From Minisyncoccota bacterium (lineage in GTDB: Bacteria > Patescibacteriota > Minisyncoccia > Phycocordibacterales > UBA9973): a stretch of DNA of 64,000 nt. Below the pieces are notes generated by a model that was given only the letters and a program-made list of their open reading frames with translations, was not told the DNA's origin and searched no databases. How positions within the stretch are numbered: the first letter of the stretch is position 1; each line of letters begins with the position of its first letter. Position numbers and translations under genes: made by a program. Below are positions 28,742-38,632 of the stretch, piece after piece. The stretch spans positions 11,969-75,968 of the forward strand of contig JAIPHX010000003.1 in assembly GCA_021734995.1 (NCBI GenBank). The letters run 5' to 3'.

Positions 28742-29201
28742 TTTATCAAACATTCTTATACTAGATATTGTCGGGTTGTTCATTTTGTTGGCTGGTTTTA
28801 TCATTGGCCTCGGTGCTGTGACAGTGATAGACATTCATGGTTTTTTGGGTCGCAAATCTTCGTACTGGACTGTCGCTACTACTCGCACACATAAAGTCAC
28901 TAAGCCACTTATTTGGTGTGGTATATTTTTAGTTATAATAGGTGGTTTGATTTTCTATAGAAATGATACTGTTTCTGTAATACCATTCATTCATTTAGGA
29001 TGTTCCATTTTGCTGATTTTAAATGGATTATTTTTGTCATTCAGAGTAAGCCCTTTTTTACTGCAGAGAGAAAAAGATAGTAGAGATGGAGAATTATTAC
29101 CAACTTCATGGCAAACAAAAATCATATTTAGTTTGATTTTATCTGATATTCTTTGGTGGGGAAGTTTGTTGCTTTTGGTTATTTATGTATTACAAAAATA
29201 A
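28734..29201 (+). CDS. Hypothetical membrane protein
   Basis: Four hydrophobic segments. Confidence 0.7.
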   Translation: MINLSNILILDIVGLFILLAGFIIGLGAVTVIDIHGFLGRKSSYWTVATTRTHKVTKPLIWCGIFLVIIGGLIFYRNDTVSVIPFIHLGCSILLILNGLFLSFRVSPFLLQREKDSRDGELLPTSWQTKIIFSLILSDILWWGSLLLLVIYVLQK

Positions 29202-29241
29202 TATCTGGCCCATGTATTTGTACTTTTTTAGTTTATAAAAA

Positions 29242-29754
29242 ATGAAAAATAAAACAGTAAAGGTGAACGACAAAATGCAAAAAAGTTATTCTTATGTTTT
29301 GTCTGAACCAATAGGTAAAAACTTTCATCCAGATTTCAAGCCAGATCTTTCTCCAAAGCAAATGCTTGCATTGGGAGTATTCGGTGGAAAATATATGAAT
29401 GATTGCAAAAAAGAGTTTCCAAGTAGTTGGTTTCAAAAAGCAAAATTGTCTCTTTTAAAATCTGACCCAAAATTAAACTTTTTTAAAATTTCTGCTAGTC
29501 AATCTTTAACTGAATGGAAAAAAAATGGGTGGATAAATAGAGAGCATGATCCAAGGGGATGGTTTCAATGGTATTGTAGATATTATATGGGGAGACGTAT
29601 CCCAAAAGAAGATGAAAGGCAAATTAAAAGATGGAGAATGATCGCAAGACACATTGCTCAAATTAAAAAAAATTGCAGAGTGGGTGATATATTTTGTCGC
29701 AGAAGGCAAAGACAGGCAGTTCTTCATTGGGCTTATGATTCTAGAAAGATTTAA
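29242..29754 (+). CDS. Conserved hypothetical protein
   Basis: P.QML.LGVFGG.Y, DPRGWFQWYCRYY.GRR, RQ..LHWAYD. Confidence 0.75.
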   Translation: MKNKTVKVNDKMQKSYSYVLSEPIGKNFHPDFKPDLSPKQMLALGVFGGKYMNDCKKEFPSSWFQKAKLSLLKSDPKLNFFKISASQSLTEWKKNGWINREHDPRGWFQWYCRYYMGRRIPKEDERQIKRWRMIARHIAQIKKNCRVGDIFCRRRQRQAVLHWAYDSRKI

Positions 29755-29857
29755 ATATAGACGAAGGTGTTCATTAAATATATTCTATGTTTAGATTTTT
29801 AGGGTTGTTTTTTTTGCGTGTGCTTTGCTATTTTTTTGAATGTGGTAAAATGTATAT

Positions 29858-30661
29858 ATGCATATAAAACATAAACTTCTCATTACTTTTGGGATATTAG
29901 CTTTCTTGGCTATAAATGTTCTTGTTTTTAACTATATTTATATTGACAAAGTGCAGGAGGTAGAAGCTCCATCTTTCGCTTTTGATTATTATTTAGAAGA
30001 AGTAGAAGATGAGTATTTTACCGGATCTTATCCTGTGGTTTCTGGGTATGCTTTGGTGTCAAAAGAAGCATTTACTTATGTAAAAAATACCATAGAAAAT
30101 TTCCGCAAGGAAGCATATGATTCATCTTCTATTATAAAAGAAGAAGCTGATGACACAGAAGTGAAAGAAGGAGAAGTGAAAGAATCTAAAACAGAAAATA
30201 CTGAAACAGAAAACACTACACCTATTTCAAATTATTCAATAAACATGGGAGCTAATTATTTTGCAGGAAATGTGATTGAGACTGTTGTGATTGGTACAGG
30301 GATATATACAGGTGGAGCAAACGGTACTAGTTTTTACAAAACTTTCTCTTCTTTCAAAAATGGTGAAGTGTTGCTTTCTATAGAAGATATTATAAAAAAA
30401 GACAAGCAAAATGATTTTGTAAATTTAGTAAAAAATAAATTAGCAGTATGGAATCCAGAAGATTTTCCTGTAGAAGATGGAGAATCTCCTCTTTTTGAAG
30501 ATGCTGTCGATTCTCTTTCTCTTGGCGATCTTACCTCTTGGGCAATAGATAAAGATGAGTTTGTTTTATATTTTGATGAATACCAGATAGGCCCAGGAGC
30601 TCTTGGGGCTATCTCATTTCCAATACCACTTTCGGAGGTATCAAATTTTTTGAGTTTTTAA
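29858..30661 (+). CDS. RsiV/DUF3298-family exported protein
   Basis: N-terminal TM, YTGGA.G, LYFDEYQIGPGA.G. Confidence 0.8.
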   Translation: MHIKHKLLITFGILAFLAINVLVFNYIYIDKVQEVEAPSFAFDYYLEEVEDEYFTGSYPVVSGYALVSKEAFTYVKNTIENFRKEAYDSSSIIKEEADDTEVKEGEVKESKTENTETENTTPISNYSINMGANYFAGNVIETVVIGTGIYTGGANGTSFYKTFSSFKNGEVLLSIEDIIKKDKQNDFVNLVKNKLAVWNPEDFPVEDGESPLFEDAVDSLSLGDLTSWAIDKDEFVLYFDEYQIGPGALGAISFPIPLSEVSNFLSF

Positions 30662-30670
30662 TTCACAATA

Positions 30671-31873
30671 ATGCCTTCGCAAAAAAATAGCCATTCTAAA
30701 ATAAAAAGAGTGACCAGAAGTTTTCACTTTTGGATTTTTGTGATTGTATTATCTTTTGTTTTCATAATTATCTCTATTTTCCCTCAGCTTCTTGGTCTGA
30801 AGGCCTATTATAAAAATGAAAACTTTTTTGTGGCTTCAAATAAAAAAGAAGAGCCAATAGTGCCAAAAATACCACCGCTTGATAAAGCTCTGTATGATCA
30901 GAAGTTGGAAGCTCTCGCCAACAATCCTATACCTGAGCCAGTAGTAGAACCTACAACACAAACATCAAATACAGATACAAATCAAAATGTTCAAAAAAAA
31001 GTAGAATTAGATAAAAATACAGAAGTGCAAAATGTTCCGATAAAAAAACCAAACCTTTGGCCCGTGAAGACTGTCTATCCAAAAGATGGAGCAATCCTAC
31101 CTTTCAAAAGAATAATTGCATATTATGGAAATCTGTATTCTACGAGAATGGGGGTATTGGGAGAATATAAAGAAGAAGAAATGTTTGCTCTTTTACAAAA
31201 AGAGCTAGACAAGTGGAATATTGCTGATCCCTCTACTCCTGCTATACCAGCCCTGCATTATATAGTGACCACTGCTCAGCTTAGTGCTGGTAAAGATGGA
31301 AAGTATCGTTTACGCATGCCTGATAGTGAAATTCAAAAAGTTTTGACTATGGCACAAAAAATAGATGCGATTGTTTTTCTTGATGTTCAAGTGGGTTTTT
31401 CTACTTTACAAGAGGAGCTTCCTTTGCTTGAAAAATATTTAAAACTGCCTAATGTGCACCTAGGTATAGATCCTGAGTTTTCTATGAAGGGGGATATAAG
31501 ACCAGGAAAAATTGTAGGTACTTTTGATGCGATGGATATCAATTACGCAATAGATTTCTTGGCAAAGATTGTACAGGAAAATGATCTTACTCCAAAAGTT
31601 TTAGTTATTCATAGATATACCCAAAAAATGGTGACAAACTACAAAACAATAAAAACATTACCTGAAGTGCAGATTGTCATGCATATGGATGGTTGGGGGC
31701 CGAAAGCAAAAAAGTTGAATACTTATAAACAATTTGTTTATAAAGAACCAGTACAATTTGCTGGATTTAAAATATTTTATAAAAATGATCTTTTGGAACC
31801 AAGCAAATCTTTGATAACTCCAGAAGAATTAATGCAGATTACCCCAATTCCGATATATATTCAGTATCAGTAG
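30671..31873 (+). CDS. Membrane-anchored exported protein, possible TIM-barrel hydrolase-like
   Basis: TM anchor; AYYGN, LDVQVG, GIDPEF, MDGWG motifs. Confidence 0.65.
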   Translation: MPSQKNSHSKIKRVTRSFHFWIFVIVLSFVFIIISIFPQLLGLKAYYKNENFFVASNKKEEPIVPKIPPLDKALYDQKLEALANNPIPEPVVEPTTQTSNTDTNQNVQKKVELDKNTEVQNVPIKKPNLWPVKTVYPKDGAILPFKRIIAYYGNLYSTRMGVLGEYKEEEMFALLQKELDKWNIADPSTPAIPALHYIVTTAQLSAGKDGKYRLRMPDSEIQKVLTMAQKIDAIVFLDVQVGFSTLQEELPLLEKYLKLPNVHLGIDPEFSMKGDIRPGKIVGTFDAMDINYAIDFLAKIVQENDLTPKVLVIHRYTQKMVTNYKTIKTLPEVQIVMHMDGWGPKAKKLNTYKQFVYKEPVQFAGFKIFYKNDLLEPSKSLITPEELMQITPIPIYIQYQ

Positions 31874-31963
31874 TTTTATTATGATATAATACTTGATAGT
31901 TTATTAGTATGTTTTAATAGATGCTTGGATATTTTGATATATTAAAATATTTAATTAAATTTT

Positions 31964-32365
31964 ATGTCGTCATTAGAATTTTCAAAAAGTGAAAAGAAAA
32001 GATTTTCTCTAATAGCTAGAATTAAAAGTGCCAATCACGCATGGAGAGGCGTTAAGATTATGTTTTCTGCTGGGCATAATGTACGTTTGTATATGTTATT
32101 CCTAATCGCAGTAATTTATCTGGGTTATGCTCTATGTATTTCTTCTTTAGAGTGGGTTGCGTTGGTTATTGTTATTGGTCTAGTATTTGTTACTGAAGCA
32201 ATCAATACTGCTATTGAGATACACATGGATCTTACTTCACCTGAATTTCATCCCCACGCTAGAGATACAAAAGATGTATCTGCAGGAGCTTCACTTTTGG
32301 CGGTCTTTACAGCTGTGATTGTTGGCCTTATTATTTTTTTACCAAAAGTTATTGTTTTATTATAA
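31964..32365 (+). CDS. dgkA: DgkA-family diacylglycerol/undecaprenol kinase
   Basis: EAINTAIE...D, KDVSAGA. Confidence 0.88.
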   Translation: MSSLEFSKSEKKRFSLIARIKSANHAWRGVKIMFSAGHNVRLYMLFLIAVIYLGYALCISSLEWVALVIVIGLVFVTEAINTAIEIHMDLTSPEFHPHARDTKDVSAGASLLAVFTAVIVGLIIFLPKVIVLL

Positions 32366-32383
32366 TTTTAAATTTATTAAAAA

Positions 32384-32731
32384 ATGTTCAAATTAAATAG
32401 AGGAAATGTTTTGGGTTTGTTTTTGGGTTTTGTAGTAATTTGGTTTGGGATCCAAGAAGTGTCTGATCCAAAAGGTTGGGTATCTTTCGTCCCTTCTTTT
32501 ATTGATGTGGGAGTAAGTGCGACCAATCTTGTGATGATCCATGGAGTAGTGTTGATAATAGCCGGAGCATCTTTGATACTAAATTGGTACAGAAAATGGT
32601 CATCCTTGGTAGTTTTTGTCTTGCTGGTAAATATTGTAGTTACTATTGTTCAATCTAAAGGCTTAAATGCAATAGCTGTGAGAGATATTGGGCTTATGGG
32701 TATGGCGCTTGCTTTGTTTTTGAGAGATTAA
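32384..32731 (+). CDS. DoxX-family membrane protein
   Basis: WFG..E...P..W, RDIGL. Confidence 0.75.
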   Translation: MFKLNRGNVLGLFLGFVVIWFGIQEVSDPKGWVSFVPSFIDVGVSATNLVMIHGVVLIIAGASLILNWYRKWSSLVVFVLLVNIVVTIVQSKGLNAIAVRDIGLMGMALALFLRD

Positions 32732-32753
32732 AAAATATGTTATAATCCTTACT

Positions 32754-33155
32754 ATGAATACACAAGTTAAAATTTTTTTGGGAGTTATTGCAGTCCTTGT
32801 GCTTGGCACAGTTGTGACTGTCTTTGTGCGTGGTGGGGCGGAAAATGTTGCCAGTTCTAAACCTTCTGGTTATTACGATCAATTTGCTCAATGTCTGACT
32901 GATCAAGGAGCTGTCTTTTATGGAACTTTTTGGTGTCCTCATTGTCAAAATCAAAAAAGAATGTTTGGAAGTTCTGTAAAATTTGTAAATTATGTAGAAT
33001 GTTCTACACCTGATGCTCAGAAGACTACACCTATTTGTATTGAAAAAGAAATAAAAGGATATCCTACTTGGGAATTTGCAGATGGTTCTAGATTGAGTGG
33101 AGAGATTCCATTAGCAACTTTAGCAGAAAAGACATCTTGTGAATTACCGCTATGA
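32754..33155 (+). CDS. Thioredoxin-like oxidoreductase (VKOR/DsbB partner type)
   Basis: YGTFWCPHC, YVEC, GYPTW. Confidence 0.85.
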   Translation: MNTQVKIFLGVIAVLVLGTVVTVFVRGGAENVASSKPSGYYDQFAQCLTDQGAVFYGTFWCPHCQNQKRMFGSSVKFVNYVECSTPDAQKTTPICIEKEIKGYPTWEFADGSRLSGEIPLATLAEKTSCELPL

Positions 33156-33709
33156 TGAGTTTTGAAGCAGTACACAATCTAAATGTTTTTCTTGGTATTG
33201 GAATTATTATTATCCAGTTTTTTTCTGTTCTAGCTTTATTTATTTTATTTTTTGGTCCAAAGAAAAATTCTTTTCTTGATTTTATAGACAAACATTTTTT
33301 GATTTTAGGTTTTCTGATATCTTTGTTTTCAGCATTGTTCTCTATGGTATATTCTGAGATTGTCGGTTTTTTGCCTTGTATGTTGTGTTGGTATCAAAGA
33401 ATCTTTATTTTTCCACAAGTATTTTTGTTTGGAATGGCTTTGTGGAACAAAGATCGTAAAGTAATCCACTATTCAATTCCATTACTTTTGGTAGGATTCG
33501 TGATTAGTGCATATCAAGTGCTGGTGTATTATTTTACAGAAAGTTCTACATTACCTTGCGATGCTTCAGGAGTATCCTGTTATCAGCATTTAGTATCTGA
33601 ATTTGGTGGATATATATCAATACCAATGATGGGGCTTACTGTATTCATATCAATGCTTGCACTCGTGTCTGTGGTGCACTTTTACGGTAAAAGAAAGTTA
33701 CTAGATTAA
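33152..33709 (+). CDS. dsbB: Disulfide bond formation protein B (BdbC-like)
   Basis: PCMLCWYQRI, second Cys pair, ISIP. Confidence 0.88.
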   Translation: MMSFEAVHNLNVFLGIGIIIIQFFSVLALFILFFGPKKNSFLDFIDKHFLILGFLISLFSALFSMVYSEIVGFLPCMLCWYQRIFIFPQVFLFGMALWNKDRKVIHYSIPLLLVGFVISAYQVLVYYFTESSTLPCDASGVSCYQHLVSEFGGYISIPMMGLTVFISMLALVSVVHFYGKRKLLD

Positions 33710-33719
33710 TCTCAACAAT

Positions 33720-33986
33720 ATGAAAGATTTAATTCCAGCAAAAAAAGAAGATATTTCTCGTTTCAAGAGTGTTTTGTCTGAGCAAGCCAAAGGTTATGTG
33801 CTTGGAGGGCTTGGGGTAGTAGCAGGTCTAGCGTGGAACGAAGCAATTAAATCTTTGATTGATATGCTTTTTAATTTCTCTCGAGATAGTGTGTGGGCAA
33901 AATTTATTTATGCAGTGATGATTACTGTGGTAGTTATTATTGTTGGGAAATATATTTTTAGGGCTTCTAAAGACGATAAAAAATAA
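33720..33986 (+). CDS. Small membrane protein (DUF5654-like)
   Basis: GLG.VAGLAWNEAI, F.YA...T. Confidence 0.7.
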   Translation: MKDLIPAKKEDISRFKSVLSEQAKGYVLGGLGVVAGLAWNEAIKSLIDMLFNFSRDSVWAKFIYAVMITVVVIIVGKYIFRASKDDKK

Positions 33987-35531
33987 ATGGACAAAAAAGA
34001 GTGGCAGATTTTGATAATAGATTTGGGTTCTCAATATACTGAGATAATTAGAAGGAGCTTGCGGTATCTTGGAGTTCACTCTGTAGTTATTTCCGCAGAA
34101 AATACTTTAGAATATATAAATGATTTTAAACCTAAAGGAATAATTCTTTCAGGTGGAAGCGCAAGCGTTTACGAACCAGAAGCCCCTCAAATACCTAGTG
34201 AGATTTTGAATAGTGGTATTCCTATTTTAGGAATATGTTTTGGTATGCAGTGGATTGCTTATATGAGTGACAAAGATTCTGTGCATAGAGTACAGTCTGG
34301 TAAGTCTTATGGTCCTGTGGAGATAAATTTTTCTAATAAAATAACAAGTCCTTTAATTAACGAGCTTGAAAATACCATTAAAGCTTGGGCAAGTCATGGA
34401 GATTCTGTCAAAAAAGCACCAAATGATTTTGAGGTTTTTGCTACTTCTGAAAATGGACAAGTGATAGAAGGAATGCAAAATCTAGATAAAAATATATTTG
34501 GCGTCCAATTTCATCCAGAGGTAGAGCAGACTGAAGATAACAACAAGATCTTAGCTAATTTTATATTTAATGTATGCGAAGTTGTTAAAGATTATTCCAA
34601 AAAAGAAATTGTAGATGAGATAAGAACAAAAACCTTAAAAGAACTTGGTGACGGGGTAGCAATTATTGGGGTATCAGGAGGAGTAGATTCTACTACCTTA
34701 GCAGCTATTCTTGCCCCCACTTTAGGAGATAGGATAAAAGCTTTTATGATAGATACTGGAGGAATGAGAGAAGGTGAAATTCAAAAAGTACAAAATATGT
34801 GTCAAAAAGCAGGTATTGATATACTTATTATTGATAAGTATGTAGATAAATTTATAAATGAGGTTGGGCAGACTATTGATGCAGAAGAAAAAAGAGCAAA
34901 GTTCAGAAAAGTATATGGTGAGGTTTTTAAAGAAGTGGCAAAAGAATATAATGCAACACACATGATACAGGGGACTCTTGCTACTGATCTTATAGAGTCT
35001 GGTAGTAAAGGAAACTCTGCGATGATTAAAACACATCATAATGTAAATTTAGACCTTGGGCTAAAAGAGATTATGCCATTGGAAGACTTTTTTAAATTTG
35101 AAGTTAGAGATCTTGCTTTTGAATTTGGTCTTGAAGAATTGGTTGTAAAAAGACAGCCTTTCCCTGGCCCTGGTTTATTTTTGAGAATAGTAGGGGTACC
35201 TGTGAATAAGGAACTTTTGGAAATAGTGCGTGAAGCAGATGTAGAAGTTTCTAAAATTTTAGAAAAATATTCTGTTTATGAAAAAATATCTCAAGTAGTA
35301 GTAGCCCTTTTAGGAGTTAAAACAGTAGGGGTAAAAGGAGATGGTAGAGTATATGAATACAGTATAGTGGTGCGTCCAGTGGAAACTACAGATTTTATGA
35401 CAGTAAAAGGATTTTATTTAAGAGAAGAGATTTGCCAGGAGATTATCGCCGTACTTACAAGACATCCAAAAATCGCGAGAGTGTTTTTTGATTTTACTCC
35501 CAAACCTCCTGCTACAACAGAATTTGAATAG
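33987..35531 (+). CDS. guaA: GMP synthase
   Basis: DLGSQY, GICFGMQ, QFHPEV, SGGVDS, IKTHHN, PFPGPG, KPPATTEFE. Confidence 0.97.
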   Translation: MDKKEWQILIIDLGSQYTEIIRRSLRYLGVHSVVISAENTLEYINDFKPKGIILSGGSASVYEPEAPQIPSEILNSGIPILGICFGMQWIAYMSDKDSVHRVQSGKSYGPVEINFSNKITSPLINELENTIKAWASHGDSVKKAPNDFEVFATSENGQVIEGMQNLDKNIFGVQFHPEVEQTEDNNKILANFIFNVCEVVKDYSKKEIVDEIRTKTLKELGDGVAIIGVSGGVDSTTLAAILAPTLGDRIKAFMIDTGGMREGEIQKVQNMCQKAGIDILIIDKYVDKFINEVGQTIDAEEKRAKFRKVYGEVFKEVAKEYNATHMIQGTLATDLIESGSKGNSAMIKTHHNVNLDLGLKEIMPLEDFFKFEVRDLAFEFGLEELVVKRQPFPGPGLFLRIVGVPVNKELLEIVREADVEVSKILEKYSVYEKISQVVVALLGVKTVGVKGDGRVYEYSIVVRPVETTDFMTVKGFYLREEICQEIIAVLTRHPKIARVFFDFTPKPPATTEFE

Positions 35532-35543
35532 ATATATAATCAT

Positions 35544-36269
35544 ATGCAAGAATTTTCTCTAAAAAGTATTGAAAAAGATATCTTAGCTAAAGGTGATAAA
35601 AATAAAGCTCAAGTTTTTCAGAGATTTTTTAAAACTGGGAAAGGGGAATATGGCTATGGAGATGTTTTTATTGGTATTACCGTTCCTGAATCTAGAAAAA
35701 TTGCGTCAAAATACATGGGGGTCTCTTTGAAAACAGTAGAAGGACTTTTGAAAAACAAAATTCATGAAGTACGACTGATTGCATTAATAATATTGGTCAA
35801 TCAATATAAAAAAGGAGATGCTTTTCAAAAAGAAAAAATAAAAGATTTTTATTTAAAAAACACAAAACATGTCAATAATTGGGATTTGGTAGATACTTCA
35901 GCATACAATATCTTGGGTAAATATTTAACTGAAACAAAAAATAAAACAAAAGATGGATTTGATGTTTTACTACATCTATCAGACTCCAAAAATTTATGGG
36001 AACAAAGAATTGCAGTCGTGGCTACTTTTGCTTTTATTAAGAATAATGATTTGAAACACATTTTTGTACTAGCTGAGAAATTTTTGAATCATAAGCATGA
36101 TTTGATACATAAGGCGGTGGGTTGGATGTTGCGAGAAGCAGGGAAAAGAGACTTGGATAAACTTTTGAAGTTTTTGAATAAAAATGTAAAAAAGATGCCT
36201 CGCACTATGCTTCGATATTCAATAGAAAAGTTACCAGAAAAACAAAGATTGGATTATTTAAAAAAATAA
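35544..36269 (+). CDS. AlkD-family DNA alkylation repair protein
   Basis: FFKTG.GEYG, NNWDLVD, KAVGWMLRE, PRT.LRY.IE. Confidence 0.9.
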   Translation: MQEFSLKSIEKDILAKGDKNKAQVFQRFFKTGKGEYGYGDVFIGITVPESRKIASKYMGVSLKTVEGLLKNKIHEVRLIALIILVNQYKKGDAFQKEKIKDFYLKNTKHVNNWDLVDTSAYNILGKYLTETKNKTKDGFDVLLHLSDSKNLWEQRIAVVATFAFIKNNDLKHIFVLAEKFLNHKHDLIHKAVGWMLREAGKRDLDKLLKFLNKNVKKMPRTMLRYSIEKLPEKQRLDYLKK

Positions 36270-36293
36270 AATTTTATAAAAAATATTAAAAAA

Positions 36294-36953
36294 ATGTCTA
36301 AAGTTTTAAAAAATAATATACAAAATACTTGGAAAAAAAAAGAATTTTCTTTTTTAAAAAGATTGAATACTCCAGCCAAGATTCAAGATTTTTTAGAAAA
36401 GATACCTTTTAATTTTGAAAAAAATGGAATAGATACTATAAAATCACCCATTAGGACTTTCAGAGAAAATAATGCGCATTGTTTTGAAGGAGCCTTGCTT
36501 GGTGCTTATATTTTATCCTTGCATGGTTTTCCATCTCTTTTGTTGCATTTAAAAGTCACAGGCGGAGATATGGATCATGTTATCGCCCCTTTTAAAATAA
36601 ATGGATATTGGGGAGCTTTATCTAAGACCAATCATGCTGTGTTACGTTACCGTGAGCCAGTGTATAAAAACATAAGGGAGCTTGTGATGTCTTATTTCCA
36701 CGAATATTTTTTGGATAATGGACAAAAAACTTTAAGACAATATTCTAAAGTACTTAATCTAAATATTTTTGAAAAAGATTGGGTGACTGACTCAGAAGAT
36801 TTGTGGGGGATTGATGAAGAACTTGATAATATAGCGCATTATGATGTTTTACCAAAAAATCTTGTTTCAAAAAAAGTTTCAAAAAAAATATCTTTGCGTA
36901 AAGCGGATAGGGTAGAGATCTTAGCTAGTAGAATTGAACAATATAAAAAATAG
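36294..36953 (+). CDS. Transglutaminase/papain-fold-like conserved protein
   Basis: AHCFEGA...DHVIA...WGA.SK.N putative Cys-His catalytic pair. Confidence 0.65.
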   Translation: MSKVLKNNIQNTWKKKEFSFLKRLNTPAKIQDFLEKIPFNFEKNGIDTIKSPIRTFRENNAHCFEGALLGAYILSLHGFPSLLLHLKVTGGDMDHVIAPFKINGYWGALSKTNHAVLRYREPVYKNIRELVMSYFHEYFLDNGQKTLRQYSKVLNLNIFEKDWVTDSEDLWGIDEELDNIAHYDVLPKNLVSKKVSKKISLRKADRVEILASRIEQYKK

Positions 36954-37014
36954 CTTTGGTTTTAGAATAGCTTTTTTTGTGTTAAGGTATGTTATTTAAA
37001 AAGTTTTAAGATTT

Positions 37015-38298
37015 TTAAATAAATTGATTTTTTATTTTTTCTTCTATGAGAATTTTTGGACTGCTATATAAAAGATGATTGATATCTTTTATTATTCCCA
37101 TATTTGCAGAGGTATTTGCCTGCTCTGCCTCTGGTTGGATACCTTTTCCAGAGAAAGCAGAACTTGTTTTTCCATCTATCATAAGCTTAATATAGAAATG
37201 AAATCTAGGGAGATTGATGAAATCTTCTGGAGTAATGGGATCAAATTCTTTCGCTAAGATTTCTGCATCTTCTGCTCCGACTTCAAAAGCAATTATTGTA
37301 CCTACGTTACCAAGTACCGCGTCTTTGATTTCATCAGGTAACTGCGCTAGGTATTGATTGGTAAGATGTACACCTAGGCCATATTTTCTGGATTCACTCA
37401 AAAGACTGACGAATGTATCAGTGGTAAAATTTTGAAACTCATCTACATAGAGATAAAAAGGAACTCTTTGATTGGTAACCTGATATGCTCTACGCATAAT
37501 AGATGCTTGCAGTTTAGACAAAATAATGAGTCCAAGCATGTGTGCATTAATCTCACCAATTTTACCTTTTGAAAGATTTACAAGTAGTATTTTGTTTTCA
37601 TCCATTACTTGATCAAAATTAAAACTACTCTTGTATTGTCCGATTATATTACGCATTAGACTATTACTCATAAAAGATCCAAATTTTGACATGAAGTAAT
37701 TGAGCATTTCACTTTTGTGAAAGTCTGCTGTTTTTGCCATTTGCTTTGACCAAAACTCTAAGACTAGAGGATCTGTCACATGAGAAATTTTTTCTTTTTG
37801 AAATTCTGTATCTACAAAGAGTTTGGGAATTTCTATAAGACTTCCACCTTTTGGATCTGCCATAATGGTCAATCCTGCATTTCTAAGCCAGTGTTCAAAT
37901 TGTGGACCGATAATACCAGTCTTGTTGGGGTCAAATAATTTATAAAATATTTGAATACATTCGTTTATCAAAAAACTCCTTTCTTTGTCGTCTTTTGCTT
38001 CTAGTAAGTTCATCCCAAAAGGAAATTCTGTATCGCTTGGATCAAAGAGTATTACATCCTCTCTACGATGAGCAGGGATATGTTCTAGAAGCCAATCAAT
38101 AGATTCTCCATGAGGGTCAATAAAGCAGGTTCCTTGCCCATTTTTAATGTCTTCTAGACACATATTCTGGAAGATGGTAGATTTTCCTACTCCAGTCTTA
38201 CCAATCATATAAGTATGTCGTAGACGGTCATTTCCTCCACATTTTATGGGGGTTTGCTTTCCTCTGTATTCATTTATTCCAATAGTGACGTATTCCAT
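37015..38298 (-). CDS. VirD4/TraG/HerA-like P-loop ATPase without TM domain
   Basis: RHTYMIGKTGVGKS, FIDPHG, LYVDEFQNF, ESRKY, TNQY..Q, LGNVGT. Confidence 0.88.
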   Translation of the reverse strand: MEYVTIGINEYRGKQTPIKCGGNDRLRHTYMIGKTGVGKSTIFQNMCLEDIKNGQGTCFIDPHGESIDWLLEHIPAHRREDVILFDPSDTEFPFGMNLLEAKDDKERSFLINECIQIFYKLFDPNKTGIIGPQFEHWLRNAGLTIMADPKGGSLIEIPKLFVDTEFQKEKISHVTDPLVLEFWSKQMAKTADFHKSEMLNYFMSKFGSFMSNSLMRNIIGQYKSSFNFDQVMDENKILLVNLSKGKIGEINAHMLGLIILSKLQASIMRRAYQVTNQRVPFYLYVDEFQNFTTDTFVSLLSESRKYGLGVHLTNQYLAQLPDEIKDAVLGNVGTIIAFEVGAEDAEILAKEFDPITPEDFINLPRFHFYIKLMIDGKTSSAFSGKGIQPEAEQANTSANMGIIKDINHLLYSSPKILIEEKIKNQFI

Positions 38299-38302
38299 AT
38301 AT

Positions 38303-38572
38303 TTATATATTTAAACTTTTCTTAGTAAAATAATTCTCATCTAAATCTTCTTTTTTGTTTTTGGTTTCTTCTTTCTTAATAGTCAAATTATTACTTTGTA
38401 TTCTTTGTTCAGTATTATCAAAAGTCTCTATCAAACTATCTTTTTCTTGTTCTAGTTTATTTTTTATTTTTTCACTAAGCCATGGCGAAACAATATCTTT
38501 AATCTTATTAAACAAAGATATTCTTTCTTGGTATATTTTTTCTGCTAATTCTTTTGATAATATTGTGTTCAT
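38303..38572 (-). CDS. Small helical hypothetical protein
   Basis: 89-aa ORF between the two ATPases, 4 bp from the next gene. Confidence 0.6.
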   Translation of the reverse strand: MNTILSKELAEKIYQERISLFNKIKDIVSPWLSEKIKNKLEQEKDSLIETFDNTEQRIQSNNLTIKKEETKNKKEDLDENYFTKKSLNI

Positions 38573-38632
38573 TTTATTAAGACTTCAGTTTAATTTTTAT
38601 TGGTAATTTTGTTTTTAATGTAATAATTTCCG

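Noticed and set aside
38303-38572. WXG100/type VII secretion substrate
   Set aside because: Size and helicity fit, but there is no central WxG motif and no FtsK-type EccC
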